From: Dehalococcoidia bacterium
Lineage (GTDB): Bacteria > Chloroflexota > Dehalococcoidia > Bin125
Length of the DNA: 64,000 nucleotides
NCBI GenBank assembly: GCA_963555985.3
Contig: OY820591.1
Span: 1,536,001 to 1,600,000 of the forward strand
Reading direction: 5' to 3'
The translations under genes were made by a program, and so were the position numbers. Below are positions 19,560 through 29,286 of this stretch, one piece after another. The notes under the pieces are model-generated. The model was not told the origin of the DNA, searched no databases, and was given only the letters and a program-made list of their open reading frames with translations. Numbering within the stretch: position 1 is the first letter of the stretch; each line of letters starts with the position of its first letter.

Positions 19560-20879
19560 CTATTCCAGATGTCCAAGCGGATCAACGGGCGTGCCCTGCA
19601 TGATGATCTCGAAATGCAAATGCGCGCCGGACGAATTCCCCGTATTGCCCACCGTCCCGACGAAGTCGCCCGCGTCGAGCCACTGGCCGGTTCGTACCCA
19701 AATCTCAGAGAGGTGAGCGTATCGGGATCGCACCCCGCCGCCGTGATCCACTTCCACCCAGTAACCGTATGAACCGTCCCACCCGGCGAACGAGACCTGC
19801 CCGTAGGCGGTCACACCGACGATCGTCCCAACGGCTGCGCGAAAGTCGACGCCAGTGTGATAGCCCGCCCGATTGTTGCGTGGCGTGCCGAATGGATCAC
19901 TGATCTCGTCGAACGCCAGCGGCCAGCGGAAGCGAGGCATGGTCCACGCCGCCGCCACAGCCACACTCCCGCCGTTGCTCACCTGTGCGACGGGAAGTGA
20001 AGCGGACCCTCCGACGAGCACAAGCGTCTGACCGACCTGAATCTGGTTCGCATTCGAGAGGCGGTTGCCGGGATACGCGACGGTGGCCTCGACATCGGCC
20101 GCGTAGTTCGCCGCCACACTCGAGAGCAGATCGCCCGCTTGCACCGTGTAGATCACCCCGTCCACCGTGGGCAGCCGCAACGTCTCGCCGGCGACGAGCA
20201 GATTCGGGTTGTACAAATCGAAGTTGTTGAAGTGAATCGTCGCTTCGTCCAAGCCGAATTGAGCCGCAATGCTGGCGAGCGTGTCGCCCTCCTCAACCGT
20301 GTACAGGAACATCGCCGGCAGCGGCTCCGCCGCCGCAAGCCCAACGTAGTCGCGGATCCGATCCGTAGGGCCGAATAACCCCGGATCCTCCGTAGCGGCC
20401 GTTTCGCTTGCCGCCGGTTCGACCACTTCGATGGCTGTCGCAACTGCGAGCCCTGCCACAGAGCCAATCTCGGAGTCTGTGCTGGTCGTGCTGACCGGCA
20501 GCTCTGTCCGCGTTCGTTCCGGCGGAGGCACGGTGCGGCCGGTTGCTTGCGAGGCCGCTTCCGAAGCGGACCTGGGCTGCGCTCGATCAGCTGCTTCGGT
20601 AGAGATCGCGCCTTCGCTCACGGTGCCGCTGCTGACTGCTGCTCCATCACTCCCCAACGTCGTCGTCGCAACCGTGACGAACGTGGGCCGCGCAGTATCC
20701 GTCTCCCCGGTGGACGTGACGAACACGGCAGCGACCGCAACGATCGCCGCGAGGAAGAAAATGATCAACGAGAGAAACTCGCCGGCGCGCTCAGTGCGCG
20801 GCGCTGCTCGCTGAACCGGCGCAGGTCCCAGCGCCCATCCGCCGAGCGCACTCACCACAGTCGCCCCCGGCCTTAGCAC
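19560..20879 (-). CDS. Membrane-anchored LysM x2 + M23 peptidase
   Basis: TM segment; YTVEEGDTL and YTVQAGD LysM; HTGVD, YAHL, HLHFE. Start uncertain. Confidence 0.9.
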   Translation of the reverse strand: MLRPGATVVSALGGWALGPAPVQRAAPRTERAGEFLSLIIFFLAAIVAVAAVFVTSTGETDTARPTFVTVATTTLGSDGAAVSSGTVSEGAISTEAADRAQPRSASEAASQATGRTVPPPERTRTELPVSTTSTDSEIGSVAGLAVATAIEVVEPAASETAATEDPGLFGPTDRIRDYVGLAAAEPLPAMFLYTVEEGDTLASIAAQFGLDEATIHFNNFDLYNPNLLVAGETLRLPTVDGVIYTVQAGDLLSSVAANYAADVEATVAYPGNRLSNANQIQVGQTLVLVGGSASLPVAQVSNGGSVAVAAAWTMPRFRWPLAFDEISDPFGTPRNNRAGYHTGVDFRAAVGTIVGVTAYGQVSFAGWDGSYGYWVEVDHGGGVRSRYAHLSEIWVRTGQWLDAGDFVGTVGNTGNSSGAHLHFEIIMQGTPVDPLGHLE

Positions 20880-21071
20880 AGGGGGCGCTTTCGCTCGACG
20901 CTGGAGAAGTCAAGGCCCCGGAGCACCGTGTCCCTCGGAGGTGTGATTTGACGCCCGCTCAATACAGTTTACCCCAGATCTGATCACAGCCGGCGTGAAT
21001 CTGGTGCTGACCAGGGGAAACCAGACCTTGACCTCGATTCGATCGCTGTGCAAACGCCCCTTGACACGATG

Positions 21072-21080
21072 TGATACCTT
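21072..21080 (+). promoter_or_regulatory. Extended -10 promoter for the ncRNA
   Basis: TG-A-TACCTT places the start at ~21087, the beginning of the closing stem. Confidence 0.45.
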
Positions 21081-21086
21081 GGTCGC

Positions 21087-21192
21087 AGTTGGGTGGAAGG
21101 AGGTTCCGATGCGCAAGCTGAACATCCACCTCCAATACGGAGTCCTTCAGGTGGACTGTTAAGGCTCCCCTAGGGGAGCCGGACACCCAACC
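21087..21192 (+). ncRNA. Structured ncRNA, probably compact 6S RNA
   Basis: Closing stem GTTGGGTG/CACCCAAC; inner stem AACATCCACCT/AGGTGGACTGTT; hairpin GGCTCCCC-TA-GGGGAGCC. Confidence 0.55.
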
Positions 21193-21196
21193 GGAT

Positions 21197-21218
21197 ACGC
21201 CCCCGTTCGCGGGGGCGT
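21197..21218 (+). terminator. Terminator-like hairpin
   Basis: ACGCCCCCG-TTCG-CGGGGGCGT, 9-bp perfect stem; weak U tract. Confidence 0.55.
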
Positions 21219-21241
21219 CATTGTCTCTGAGAGACCTGCCC

Positions 21242-22063
21242 ATGACCGACCACGATTTCCCTCCGGCCCGAACGAACGACGCCGATCCGCAGGCTGACAG
21301 GCGCGAAGCGTCGATCCAACGCGCCGCCGAGATCCTCGCGGGCTCCTCATACTGCATCGCACTGACCGGCGCAGGCATCTCAGCTGAATCCGGCATTCCC
21401 ACATTTCGCGGCAAGGACGGCCTCTGGACCAAGCACGGCGAACCGCCCCTGAACCAGTACGAGCAATTCAGCCGTGATCCGGCCGAATGGTGGACCAACG
21501 TCGCCGAGCGCCGACGCAATCCCGACGAACTGACCGCGACAATCGCCAACGCGCAACCCAACGACGCCCATTACGCCATGGCCGAGTTGGAGCACGTCGG
21601 CGTCATCAAACACATCATCACCCAGAACGTGGATGGACTGCACCGCGCTGCTGGCGCCGAGAGCCTGACCGAGATCCACGGCTGCTCAACCCTCCTGCGC
21701 TGCATCGAATGCAACACCCGCTCGCCATTCGACGAACTGCCGGAGGTCTTCCCGCCGCGCTGCGATCGCTGCGGCGGAATCGTGAAAACCGACACCGTGA
21801 TGTTCGGCGAGCCAATTCCACCCGACTGCCTCGAACGCTGCTACATCGAGTCGGCGCGCGCCGACTGCGTCATCCTGGTCGGCACCACCGCAGTTGTCTC
21901 GCCCGCAGCCGACTTCGCTTTCGCCGTCGGGCAGCGCGGCCATCCGATGATCGAAGTCAATCTCGACCCCACCATCATTACTCAGTACTGCGCCGTCGCC
22001 ATCCACGACAAAGCCGGTGAGATGATGTCTCGCATTGCCGCCGCAGTGAAGGAACTCCGGTGA
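21242..22063 (+). CDS. cobB: NAD-dependent protein deacylase (sirtuin)
   Basis: TGAGISAESGIPTFRG, TQNVDGLH, EIHG, CxxC..CxxC, VMFGE. Confidence 0.92.
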   Translation: MTDHDFPPARTNDADPQADRREASIQRAAEILAGSSYCIALTGAGISAESGIPTFRGKDGLWTKHGEPPLNQYEQFSRDPAEWWTNVAERRRNPDELTATIANAQPNDAHYAMAELEHVGVIKHIITQNVDGLHRAAGAESLTEIHGCSTLLRCIECNTRSPFDELPEVFPPRCDRCGGIVKTDTVMFGEPIPPDCLERCYIESARADCVILVGTTAVVSPAADFAFAVGQRGHPMIEVNLDPTIITQYCAVAIHDKAGEMMSRIAAAVKELR

Positions 22064-22148
22064 GCCGTCTCCGCGCCCACGGCGTCGAAACGCCCAGCCC
22101 CGACAGCGCGTGCCTGAATATGTCACGTCTCTGCGTATACTCCCATCC

Positions 22149-23474
22149 ATGACTACTTCCACCACTCCGAACTTGGGCATCGACTGGGACGACGTGACGG
22201 CTGAGATCGTCTCTGTCCTACGCGACTACCTGAGAATCGACACGACCAATCCGCCCGGCAACGAGCAGGTCGCGGCCGAATTCCTCGCCAATCTCCTGGA
22301 GAACGAAGGCTACGAAACTGAATACCTCGAATCGGGCCCAGGCCGCGGCTCGATGCGAACCCGGCTCGTCGGCAGTGGCGAGCAACGCCCGCTCATGCTC
22401 CTCAACCACACGGATGTGGTTCCCGCACAGCCCGAATTCTGGGATGTCGACCCATTCGCCGCCGAGCAGCGCGACGGCGAACTCTGGGGCCGAGGCGCGC
22501 TCGACATGAAGGGCATGGGAGTCCTTGAACTCCTGATCATGCTCCTCTTCAAGCGGCTCGGCTTGACGCCCAAGCGCGACATCGTGTTCCTCGCCGTCGC
22601 CGACGAAGAAGCCGGTTCCGCGTTCGGCATGGAGTGGCTCGACCAGCACGCGCGCAGTTGGATCACCGAGCCGGAATTCGCCCTCAACGAGGGCGGCATG
22701 GGCGCGCTCAACTTCCTCGGCTCCAGTCGCCCGGTCTTCGCCTGCTCTCCCGCCGAGAAATCCCCGCTCTGGCTCAAACTCCGCGCCGAGGGACAGCCGG
22801 GACACGGATCGACCCCGCACGGCGACAACGCCGTCGACCGCCTCGTGCGAGCGCTCTACGCAATCCAGCAATGGGAGCGGGCCGTCACCGTCCAGCCGAC
22901 AACATCCGAAGCTCTAGAGCGAATGCGAGCCGCAAACGTCTGGGGAGGATCCGCCCCCAACGTCACCCGGCTCTGCCAAACCTATCCGGCCTTTGCAGCC
23001 GTAACGCGCGACACGATTTCCAACACCGGTGCGACGAGTGGCTTCAAGCACAATGTGATTCCCGCCGATGCCGAAGCTACCCTGGATTGCCGCCTGCTGC
23101 CGGGTGAGTCGCACGACGCATTCATCCGCAAGATGCGCGACGTGATCGACGACGACAAAGTAACCATCGAAGTGGTGTTCGGCTCCGAGTCCCCGTCCTC
23201 GAGTTTCGAGACTGAACTCGTCAGCGTGGTCGAAGACGTGGTTCGCGAGCAGGTCGAGGGCGCACTCGTTGTGCCCTCAACCTGTGTCGGTTTCACAGAT
23301 TCGCGTGTCTTGCGCCGACATGGAGTACACGCCTACGGCTTCGTGCCAACGCTGATGGACGCCTCACTCGCCTCGGGCGTGCACGGACACAATGAGCGCG
23401 TGCCAATCGAGGGGCTGAAGACCGGCATCCAGGTGCTATTCGAGGTCGTGCGGCGCTTTACCGCGGCCGTCTGA
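22149..23474 (+). CDS. M20/M25/M40 metallopeptidase/amidohydrolase
   Basis: NPPGNE, HTDVVP, GRGALDMK, ADEE, HGHNER. Confidence 0.92.
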   Translation: MTTSTTPNLGIDWDDVTAEIVSVLRDYLRIDTTNPPGNEQVAAEFLANLLENEGYETEYLESGPGRGSMRTRLVGSGEQRPLMLLNHTDVVPAQPEFWDVDPFAAEQRDGELWGRGALDMKGMGVLELLIMLLFKRLGLTPKRDIVFLAVADEEAGSAFGMEWLDQHARSWITEPEFALNEGGMGALNFLGSSRPVFACSPAEKSPLWLKLRAEGQPGHGSTPHGDNAVDRLVRALYAIQQWERAVTVQPTTSEALERMRAANVWGGSAPNVTRLCQTYPAFAAVTRDTISNTGATSGFKHNVIPADAEATLDCRLLPGESHDAFIRKMRDVIDDDKVTIEVVFGSESPSSSFETELVSVVEDVVREQVEGALVVPSTCVGFTDSRVLRRHGVHAYGFVPTLMDASLASGVHGHNERVPIEGLKTGIQVLFEVVRRFTAAV

Positions 23475-23487
23475 GAGGAGCGGGGCG

Positions 23488-24300
23488 TTGCGGCATCCAG
23501 CCTTGGACGGACACTGGGCGCTGATTCTCGGAGCGTCAAGCGGTTTCGGTGGAGCCTGCGCAGTCGCATTAGCAGAGGCCGGGATGAACATCGCCGGTGT
23601 GCATCTTGACCGCAGATCGACAATGGCCAACGTCGAACGCATCACCGCCGCGATCGAGAGCCACGGACGTGAGGCCGACTTCCACAACATGAACGCCGCC
23701 GACTCCGAGAAACGCGGCGCGATGCTCGGCAGTCTCCACCAGCGGCTCGAAGGCAACGATGGTCCACAGACCGTGCGCATACTCCTGCATTCTCTCGCCT
23801 TCGGGACTCTGGGTCCCTACATCGGCGAGAAGGCGGATCGCCCCATCACCCAGCGTCAGATGGAGATGACGCTCGATGTAATGGCGAACTCGGTCGTCTA
23901 CTGGACCCAGGACATGGTCTCGCGCGGTCTGCTCGGACAGGGCAGCAAGATCTACGGCATGACCTCCGGCGGCGACCTCCGCGTAATCCCGCAGTACGGG
24001 GCCGTCAGCGCAGCGAAGGCCGCGCTAGCCGCGCACCTTCGGCAACTGGCCGTGGAACTCGCCCCCCACGGCATCGCCGCCAACGCGATCAAAGCCGGCA
24101 TCACCCACACGCCCGCACTCGAGAAGATCCCCGCAGGTATGCAACTCCTCGACTTCGCTCAGAACCACAATCCGTCCGGTCGAGTGACCGAACCGGACGA
24201 CATCGCCAGAGCGATCATCGCCCTCAGCCTCGATGACTCGAACTGGGTGACCGGAAACACGATCAACGTGGACGGCGGCGAAGATATCACGGTGCTGTAG
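23488..24300 (+). CDS. SDR oxidoreductase (FabL-like enoyl-ACP reductase)
   Basis: GASSGFG; YGAVSAAK (YxxxxxxK); VTGNTINVDGG. Confidence 0.85.
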   Translation: MRHPALDGHWALILGASSGFGGACAVALAEAGMNIAGVHLDRRSTMANVERITAAIESHGREADFHNMNAADSEKRGAMLGSLHQRLEGNDGPQTVRILLHSLAFGTLGPYIGEKADRPITQRQMEMTLDVMANSVVYWTQDMVSRGLLGQGSKIYGMTSGGDLRVIPQYGAVSAAKAALAAHLRQLAVELAPHGIAANAIKAGITHTPALEKIPAGMQLLDFAQNHNPSGRVTEPDDIARAIIALSLDDSNWVTGNTINVDGGEDITVL

Positions 24301-24347
24301 TCTGGTTGTCATGAATCTAACCAGACCTGAACCAGAGAGCTGACAGA

Positions 24348-24455
24348 ATGTCTAGCGGCAACCAGAAGGAATCAAAGCCCGTAAAGACTGCCCTTCCGAA
24401 GGACCGGAAAGTTCCGCCGCCCGGCCCACCAGTCAAGGTTGAGCGAGGGCTGTAG
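24348..24455 (+). CDS. 35-aa Pro-rich peptide MSSGNQKESKPVKTALPKDRKVPPPGPPVKVERGL
   Basis: Translated by hand; weak GAGAG RBS; PPPGP shared with ORFs at 40155 and ~40366. Confidence 0.55.
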   Translation: MSSGNQKESKPVKTALPKDRKVPPPGPPVKVERGL

Positions 24456-24461
24456 GCTTTC

Positions 24462-24989
24462 TCAAGGGCAGAAGCACCATGGCCAAGTCGCCACTACCGC
24501 CGCGATTCCAGCAAGAATCAGATTCACAGTCGTCAGTGCCACTGCTCGCCTAAGCCAAGCTGCCTTCTCTGTAAGCGCTGCTTCGTTCTCCTTGAACGAG
24601 GCCCACATTTCGCGAGCTGCCCAAGTGCGCGCAACCACCAGGCTGTTTTCCTCCGAGATGCGATCGAATGCCTCCACGTCGGGGCGCATTTCCCAATTTC
24701 GTAGTCGAAAAGCGAAGAATGCACATACGGCATTTGCGATGAACACCGTCACTATTGTGAAGAGCACCCACCATAGTGCCTGAGTTATCTCGTCGGCGCG
24801 AAGCGTGAAGGCTGCTCCCAAGACAGCGATGAGGGCACCGCTCAGCGTGAATGTTGCAGCAAGTTTTCGATCCAGTGCGTCGATTCGTCCTGTCTGTTCG
24901 TCCAAGTGCCATTGCGCTAAGGCGAGCAGCTCCTCGTCCCCGGTGCGCGCGCCGACCTGTTCAATCTCGATTTCTTGTCCATCGGCCAT
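24462..24989 (-). CDS. 3-TM membrane protein, Pycsar TM-effector-like (copy A)
   Basis: Three hydrophobic helices; aligns by eye with 40570..41079; lower GC than flanks. Confidence 0.75.
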   Translation of the reverse strand: MADGQEIEIEQVGARTGDEELLALAQWHLDEQTGRIDALDRKLAATFTLSGALIAVLGAAFTLRADEITQALWWVLFTIVTVFIANAVCAFFAFRLRNWEMRPDVEAFDRISEENSLVVARTWAAREMWASFKENEAALTEKAAWLRRAVALTTVNLILAGIAAVVATWPWCFCP

Positions 24990-25080
24990 CGCGCTTCCCT
25001 TCTCCCTTCAAAACACATCGAGTCACGATCGTAGCCCCAACCCGCTGCTAAACTGACCCCGCACTTGCGAGGAGCTTCAC

Positions 25081-26271
25081 ATGAGCGACCCAATCAAAGG
25101 ACAAACCGCGATCTGCGGACTCGGCATCACCGAGATGGGCAAGGTCTACGGACACGACGCCTCCTGGTTTGCCGGTGAGGCGATCAAGCTCGCCATCGAG
25201 GACGCCGGACTCCAGAAGGACGACATCGACGGCCTCCTCGTCAACCCGGGCATCACGGGCATGATGGGTACCGGGATCAGCATCCCCCTCCAGGGCTATC
25301 TCGGACTCCGCAACCTGCGCCTGCTCAATCACATGAACTCTTACGGCGCGACTGCCTCGGCGATGATCCAGTACGCCGCCATGGCTGTCCACCACGGCAT
25401 GGCCAACTACGTCGCTTGCGTTTTCTCCGACGCCCCGCTGCAAAAGGGCGGCTCCGCCGGCGCTGCCTATGGCGGTGCCGGGCGCCGCGGGCCAAGCGGC
25501 ATGGCCTCCTTAATGCCAGCCTTCGGCTTCTACGGCGCGAACACCTCCTACGCCCTCGCAGCGCGCCGCTACATGGAGCGCTACGGCATCACGAACAACG
25601 ACCTGGGCCGCGTCTCTGTCACCCAACGCCGCTACGCCGTCGATAATCCCCACGCCACCATGCGCGCTCCGCTGACCTTGGAGGACTACCACAACTCCCG
25701 CTGGATCGTAGAGCCGTTCCACCTGCTCGACTGCTGCCTCGTCTCAAACGGCGCAGTCTGCACGATCGTCACCACCGCCGACCGCGCGCGCGACCTCAAG
25801 TCCAATCCGGCCTACGTCTGGGGCATGGGACAAGGACACCCGGGCAACTTCCCCCACGCCGAAGTCGAGGTCGGCACGACCTCCGGTGCCGTCATCGCCG
25901 GTGAGACCGCCTACAAGATGGCTGGCGTCGGCCCTGAAGACGTCGACGTCTGCGAGTTCTACGACTGCTACACCTACACCGTGCTGCGAACCATCGAGGA
26001 CTACGGACTAACAAAGCCGGGCGAGGCCATCAGCCTCTACCCCGAAGACCCAGCCGCGCCCGAAGCCGACCTCCCCAAGATCAACACCGGTGGCGGGCAG
26101 CTCTCCGCCTACTACATGTGGGGCATGACCCCAATCTCGGAAGGCGTGATCCAGGCGCGCGGCAGCGGCGGCGATCGTCAGATCGAGAAGCACGACGTGG
26201 TGCTCTGCTCCGGCAACGGTGGCACCCTGGACACGCACGGCACGCTGATCCTCTCACCCCACGCCAACTAG
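25081..26271 (+). CDS. Thiolase-superfamily protein (Ltp2/SCP-x-like, probable aldolase)
   Basis: LLDCC..SNG, YDCYT, NTGGGQLSAYY; no nucleophilic Cys; adjacent DUF35 gene. Confidence 0.85.
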   Translation: MSDPIKGQTAICGLGITEMGKVYGHDASWFAGEAIKLAIEDAGLQKDDIDGLLVNPGITGMMGTGISIPLQGYLGLRNLRLLNHMNSYGATASAMIQYAAMAVHHGMANYVACVFSDAPLQKGGSAGAAYGGAGRRGPSGMASLMPAFGFYGANTSYALAARRYMERYGITNNDLGRVSVTQRRYAVDNPHATMRAPLTLEDYHNSRWIVEPFHLLDCCLVSNGAVCTIVTTADRARDLKSNPAYVWGMGQGHPGNFPHAEVEVGTTSGAVIAGETAYKMAGVGPEDVDVCEFYDCYTYTVLRTIEDYGLTKPGEAISLYPEDPAAPEADLPKINTGGGQLSAYYMWGMTPISEGVIQARGSGGDRQIEKHDVVLCSGNGGTLDTHGTLILSPHAN

Positions 26272-26350
26272 CCGACGAGCGCACCCCGACCATCGAGTGC
26301 TGATCGCTGCGAGCCGGCGAAGGCCGCGCGCAGCATTGGAGCAATGCCCT

Positions 26351-26755
26351 GTGGCCTACGAGAAGCCCCTCCCGAATCCGGACGAGAACACACAGCCCTG
26401 GTTCGATGCCCTCCGCGAGCACAAGCTGCTCTTGCAGTACTTCCCCTCAGCCGACCACTACCAGTACCCCTACACCGACCGCTGCTACAAGGACTGGTCG
26501 ACCGACTGGGAATGGCGCGAATCGGCCGGCAATGGCGTTGTCTACACCTGGGTGCGAATGCACCAGCTCTATCACCCGTCTTGGAAAGAGGAGATCCCGT
26601 ACACCCTCGCCGTCGTCGAACTCGATGAGGGGCCGCGGATGCAGACGAACCTGGTCAACGTGGATGTCGAGGACATTCACGTGGGTCTGCGGGTAAAGAT
26701 CTACTTCGACGACGTCACCGACGAATTCACACTGCCCAAGTTCGAGCCTGCCTGA
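26351..26755 (+). CDS. DUF35/ChsH2-like OB-fold protein
   Basis: GNGVVYTW, PYTLAVVELDEGPR, LPKF. Confidence 0.88.
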   Translation: MAYEKPLPNPDENTQPWFDALREHKLLLQYFPSADHYQYPYTDRCYKDWSTDWEWRESAGNGVVYTWVRMHQLYHPSWKEEIPYTLAVVELDEGPRMQTNLVNVDVEDIHVGLRVKIYFDDVTDEFTLPKFEPA

Positions 26756-26774
26756 TCGATTGCGCCCGAAACCG

Positions 26775-28031
26775 ATGCCCGAGACCCCGCAGCCGACCGA
26801 CAGACCGCCGCTTGACGGCGTACGTGTCGTCGACTTCACCTGGATCGTCGCCGGTCCGACCTGTACCCGTCTCCTCGGTGATCTCGGCGCGGAGGTAATC
26901 CGGGTCGAGAACGAGCAGACCCTCGACTCAATCCGCTTCGGAGGGCCGCATCCGAACGGTTTCGATCCCCCTGACTCAGGCGGAATGTTCAACTGGCTAA
27001 ACCGCAACAAGCGCTCGATCACGCTCAACGCACGCCATCCGCACGGGCTGGACTTAATCAAGCGGCTGATCTCCGTATCGGATGTCGTCGTTGAGAACTA
27101 CTCCTCGAGGGTGCTCGAAAACTGGGGACTGAGCTACGAGCAGCAGCGCGAGCAGCGTGAGGACATCATTTATGTCTCGCTCAGCGGCTTCGGGCACAGC
27201 GGCCCCCAGCGCGACTACGGAACTTGGGGGCCAACCGCGCAGGCGCTCTCCGGACTCACGGCAATGTCGGGACTGCCCGGCGAGGAACCCGCAGGCTGGG
27301 GATACTCCTACTTGGATCACATGGCCGGATTCACCGCCGCCGCCGCAATCGTCGCGGCGCTGCACCACCGTCGCGCAGCCGGCGAAGGGCAATGGATCGA
27401 CCTCTCTCAAGTCGAAACCGGCATGACCCTGAGCGGCCCCGCGACGTTGGACTACACCGCCAACGGGCGCCGCTACCGTGAGACCGGGAATCCGCCGGGC
27501 AACCGCAGCGTCTGGCCCCGATCTGCGCCCCACAACACCTATCCGACAGCAGGCGAAGACAACTGGATCACGATCACCTGCACCTCCGACGCTGAGTGGT
27601 CGGCCTTCTGCGACGTAAGCGACCACCCCCACTGGCGCGACGATCCACGCTTCGCCACGCTCCCGGCCCGCCTCCGCCACGAGGACGAGCTGGATGAACA
27701 GATCGGCTCATGGACCGCTGGACAAGATGGACGCGCGCTCATGTATCGCTTGCAGGCCGCTGGCGTCCCCGCTGGCGTGGTTCAAAACGGTGTTGACCTA
27801 GTGCTCAATGACCCGCAGCTCGCAGCACGCGAATGGACAGCCGAGCGGGAGCATCCCGTGATCGGTCGCCACATCACCGATGGTCTCCAGATGCGGTTCT
27901 CACGCACGCCCGCGCACCGCGATCGCCCCGGACCGCGCCTGGGTGAAGCCAACGAGTACGTGTTCGGCGAACTGCTCGGCATGAGCCAAGGCGAAATCGA
28001 AGAACTGCGCCGAAGCGGAGCTTTGGGATGA
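26775..28031 (+). CDS. Class III CoA-transferase (CaiB/BaiF)
   Basis: PLDGVRVVD, LGAEVIRVE, NRNKRSITL, DVVVEN, GP.LGE. Confidence 0.93.
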   Translation: MPETPQPTDRPPLDGVRVVDFTWIVAGPTCTRLLGDLGAEVIRVENEQTLDSIRFGGPHPNGFDPPDSGGMFNWLNRNKRSITLNARHPHGLDLIKRLISVSDVVVENYSSRVLENWGLSYEQQREQREDIIYVSLSGFGHSGPQRDYGTWGPTAQALSGLTAMSGLPGEEPAGWGYSYLDHMAGFTAAAAIVAALHHRRAAGEGQWIDLSQVETGMTLSGPATLDYTANGRRYRETGNPPGNRSVWPRSAPHNTYPTAGEDNWITITCTSDAEWSAFCDVSDHPHWRDDPRFATLPARLRHEDELDEQIGSWTAGQDGRALMYRLQAAGVPAGVVQNGVDLVLNDPQLAAREWTAEREHPVIGRHITDGLQMRFSRTPAHRDRPGPRLGEANEYVFGELLGMSQGEIEELRRSGALG

Positions 28032-28035
28032 TGTC

Positions 28036-29286
28036 GTGACAAATCGCGCAGGACCGCTTGAGGGGCAGCGAGTCCTGGATCTCAGCGATCCAAAGGGACA
28101 CTACGCGGGCAAGCTGCTCGCTGGACTCGGCGCGGATGTCATCAAAATCGAGCCGCCTGGCGGCGACCTTGGACGCAAGTACGGCCCCTTCCTTGACGAC
28201 CTGCCGGGTCCTGGCCGATCGCTCTATTGGTGGTACTACGGAGCCGGCAAGCGCTCGCTAGTGCTAGACCTTGAAAGTGCCGACGGCCTCGAGCTCTTCG
28301 TACAACTCGCAGAATCAGCCGACGTCGTCCTGGAGACAGCGACCCCGGGCCGACGCCCGTTCGATCCGGTTGCCTTGTCCGACCTCTTTCCCAAACTGGT
28401 CGTGGTCAGCCTGACACCGTTCGGCCAGACCGGACCCTGGCGAGACTGGGCCTGGTCGGACGGCGTTGGACTGGCGCTAGGCGGACCAATGGGATCAACC
28501 GGCTACGACAACATTCCCGGCGCGCCCCCCATGCGTCCCACCGAACACCACGCCGGCCACATCGCCGGCTACTTCGTCGCAACCGGAGCGGCAACCGCGC
28601 TTTACGAGCGTCAGCAAAGCGGGCTCGGACAACATCTCGACATCGCCATGCACGAGTGCTGCGCCTTCACGATCGAATCCTCCGCGCCTTGGGCCCTGTA
28701 CGCACAGCATCCACTCCTGCGACAGACCGGACGCCATGCTGGCCCCCAACCGACTGAGCCCTGGCAATACCCGACGGCGGACGGACGCCTCATCAACATC
28801 TTCGGGATGCCGCGCTCGGAAGCGAGTTGGCTCGCCTTGGTGTCGTTCATCCAGGAGCACGGAATGGGAGAGAACCTGAGCGACTTCGAGCTTTTGGACG
28901 GACGCAAACGCCAGTTGGGACTGCGCCAACCGACAGTGGCAATGATGTTGGCCGACATCGCCGAATTCATCGCGGCGCATGATGCAGAAGAGATATACGC
29001 TGGCGCACAGGCGGCCGGAGCCGCTTGGTCGATCATCCGCACGCCCGATGAGCCGCTGGACGATGAACACTGGCATGCACGTGGCTTCTTCATCGATGTC
29101 GAGCATGAGGAGTGGGGGAGAACCGTGACCTATCCGGGCGCACCCTACCTGTTATCGCAGACCCCCTGGCAGTACGGTCGCCGCGCCCCGCTGCTAGGCG
29201 AGCACACGGCCGAGATCCTGTGCGGAGAGCTCGGCCTCACAGCCGAAGAGCTCGGCGCGCTTGCCGCCGCCGGAGTCACAGCATGA
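28036..29286 (+). CDS. Class III CoA-transferase (CaiB/BaiF), second subunit or paralog
   Basis: LGADVIKIEPPGGD, PFGQTGP, APLLGEHT. Confidence 0.92.
   Translation: MTNRAGPLEGQRVLDLSDPKGHYAGKLLAGLGADVIKIEPPGGDLGRKYGPFLDDLPGPGRSLYWWYYGAGKRSLVLDLESADGLELFVQLAESADVVLETATPGRRPFDPVALSDLFPKLVVVSLTPFGQTGPWRDWAWSDGVGLALGGPMGSTGYDNIPGAPPMRPTEHHAGHIAGYFVATGAATALYERQQSGLGQHLDIAMHECCAFTIESSAPWALYAQHPLLRQTGRHAGPQPTEPWQYPTADGRLINIFGMPRSEASWLALVSFIQEHGMGENLSDFELLDGRKRQLGLRQPTVAMMLADIAEFIAAHDAEEIYAGAQAAGAAWSIIRTPDEPLDDEHWHARGFFIDVEHEEWGRTVTYPGAPYLLSQTPWQYGRRAPLLGEHTAEILCGELGLTAEELGALAAAGVTA

Noticed and set aside
21061-21066. TTGACA as the -35 of the ncRNA
   Set aside because: Only 8 bp from the candidate -10.
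20880-21220. c-di-AMP riboswitch for the LysM/M23 gene, or SRP RNA
   Set aside because: Conserved ydaO motifs and the SRP GGAA-loop helix are not recognisable; promoter and hairpin favour a plus-strand RNA.
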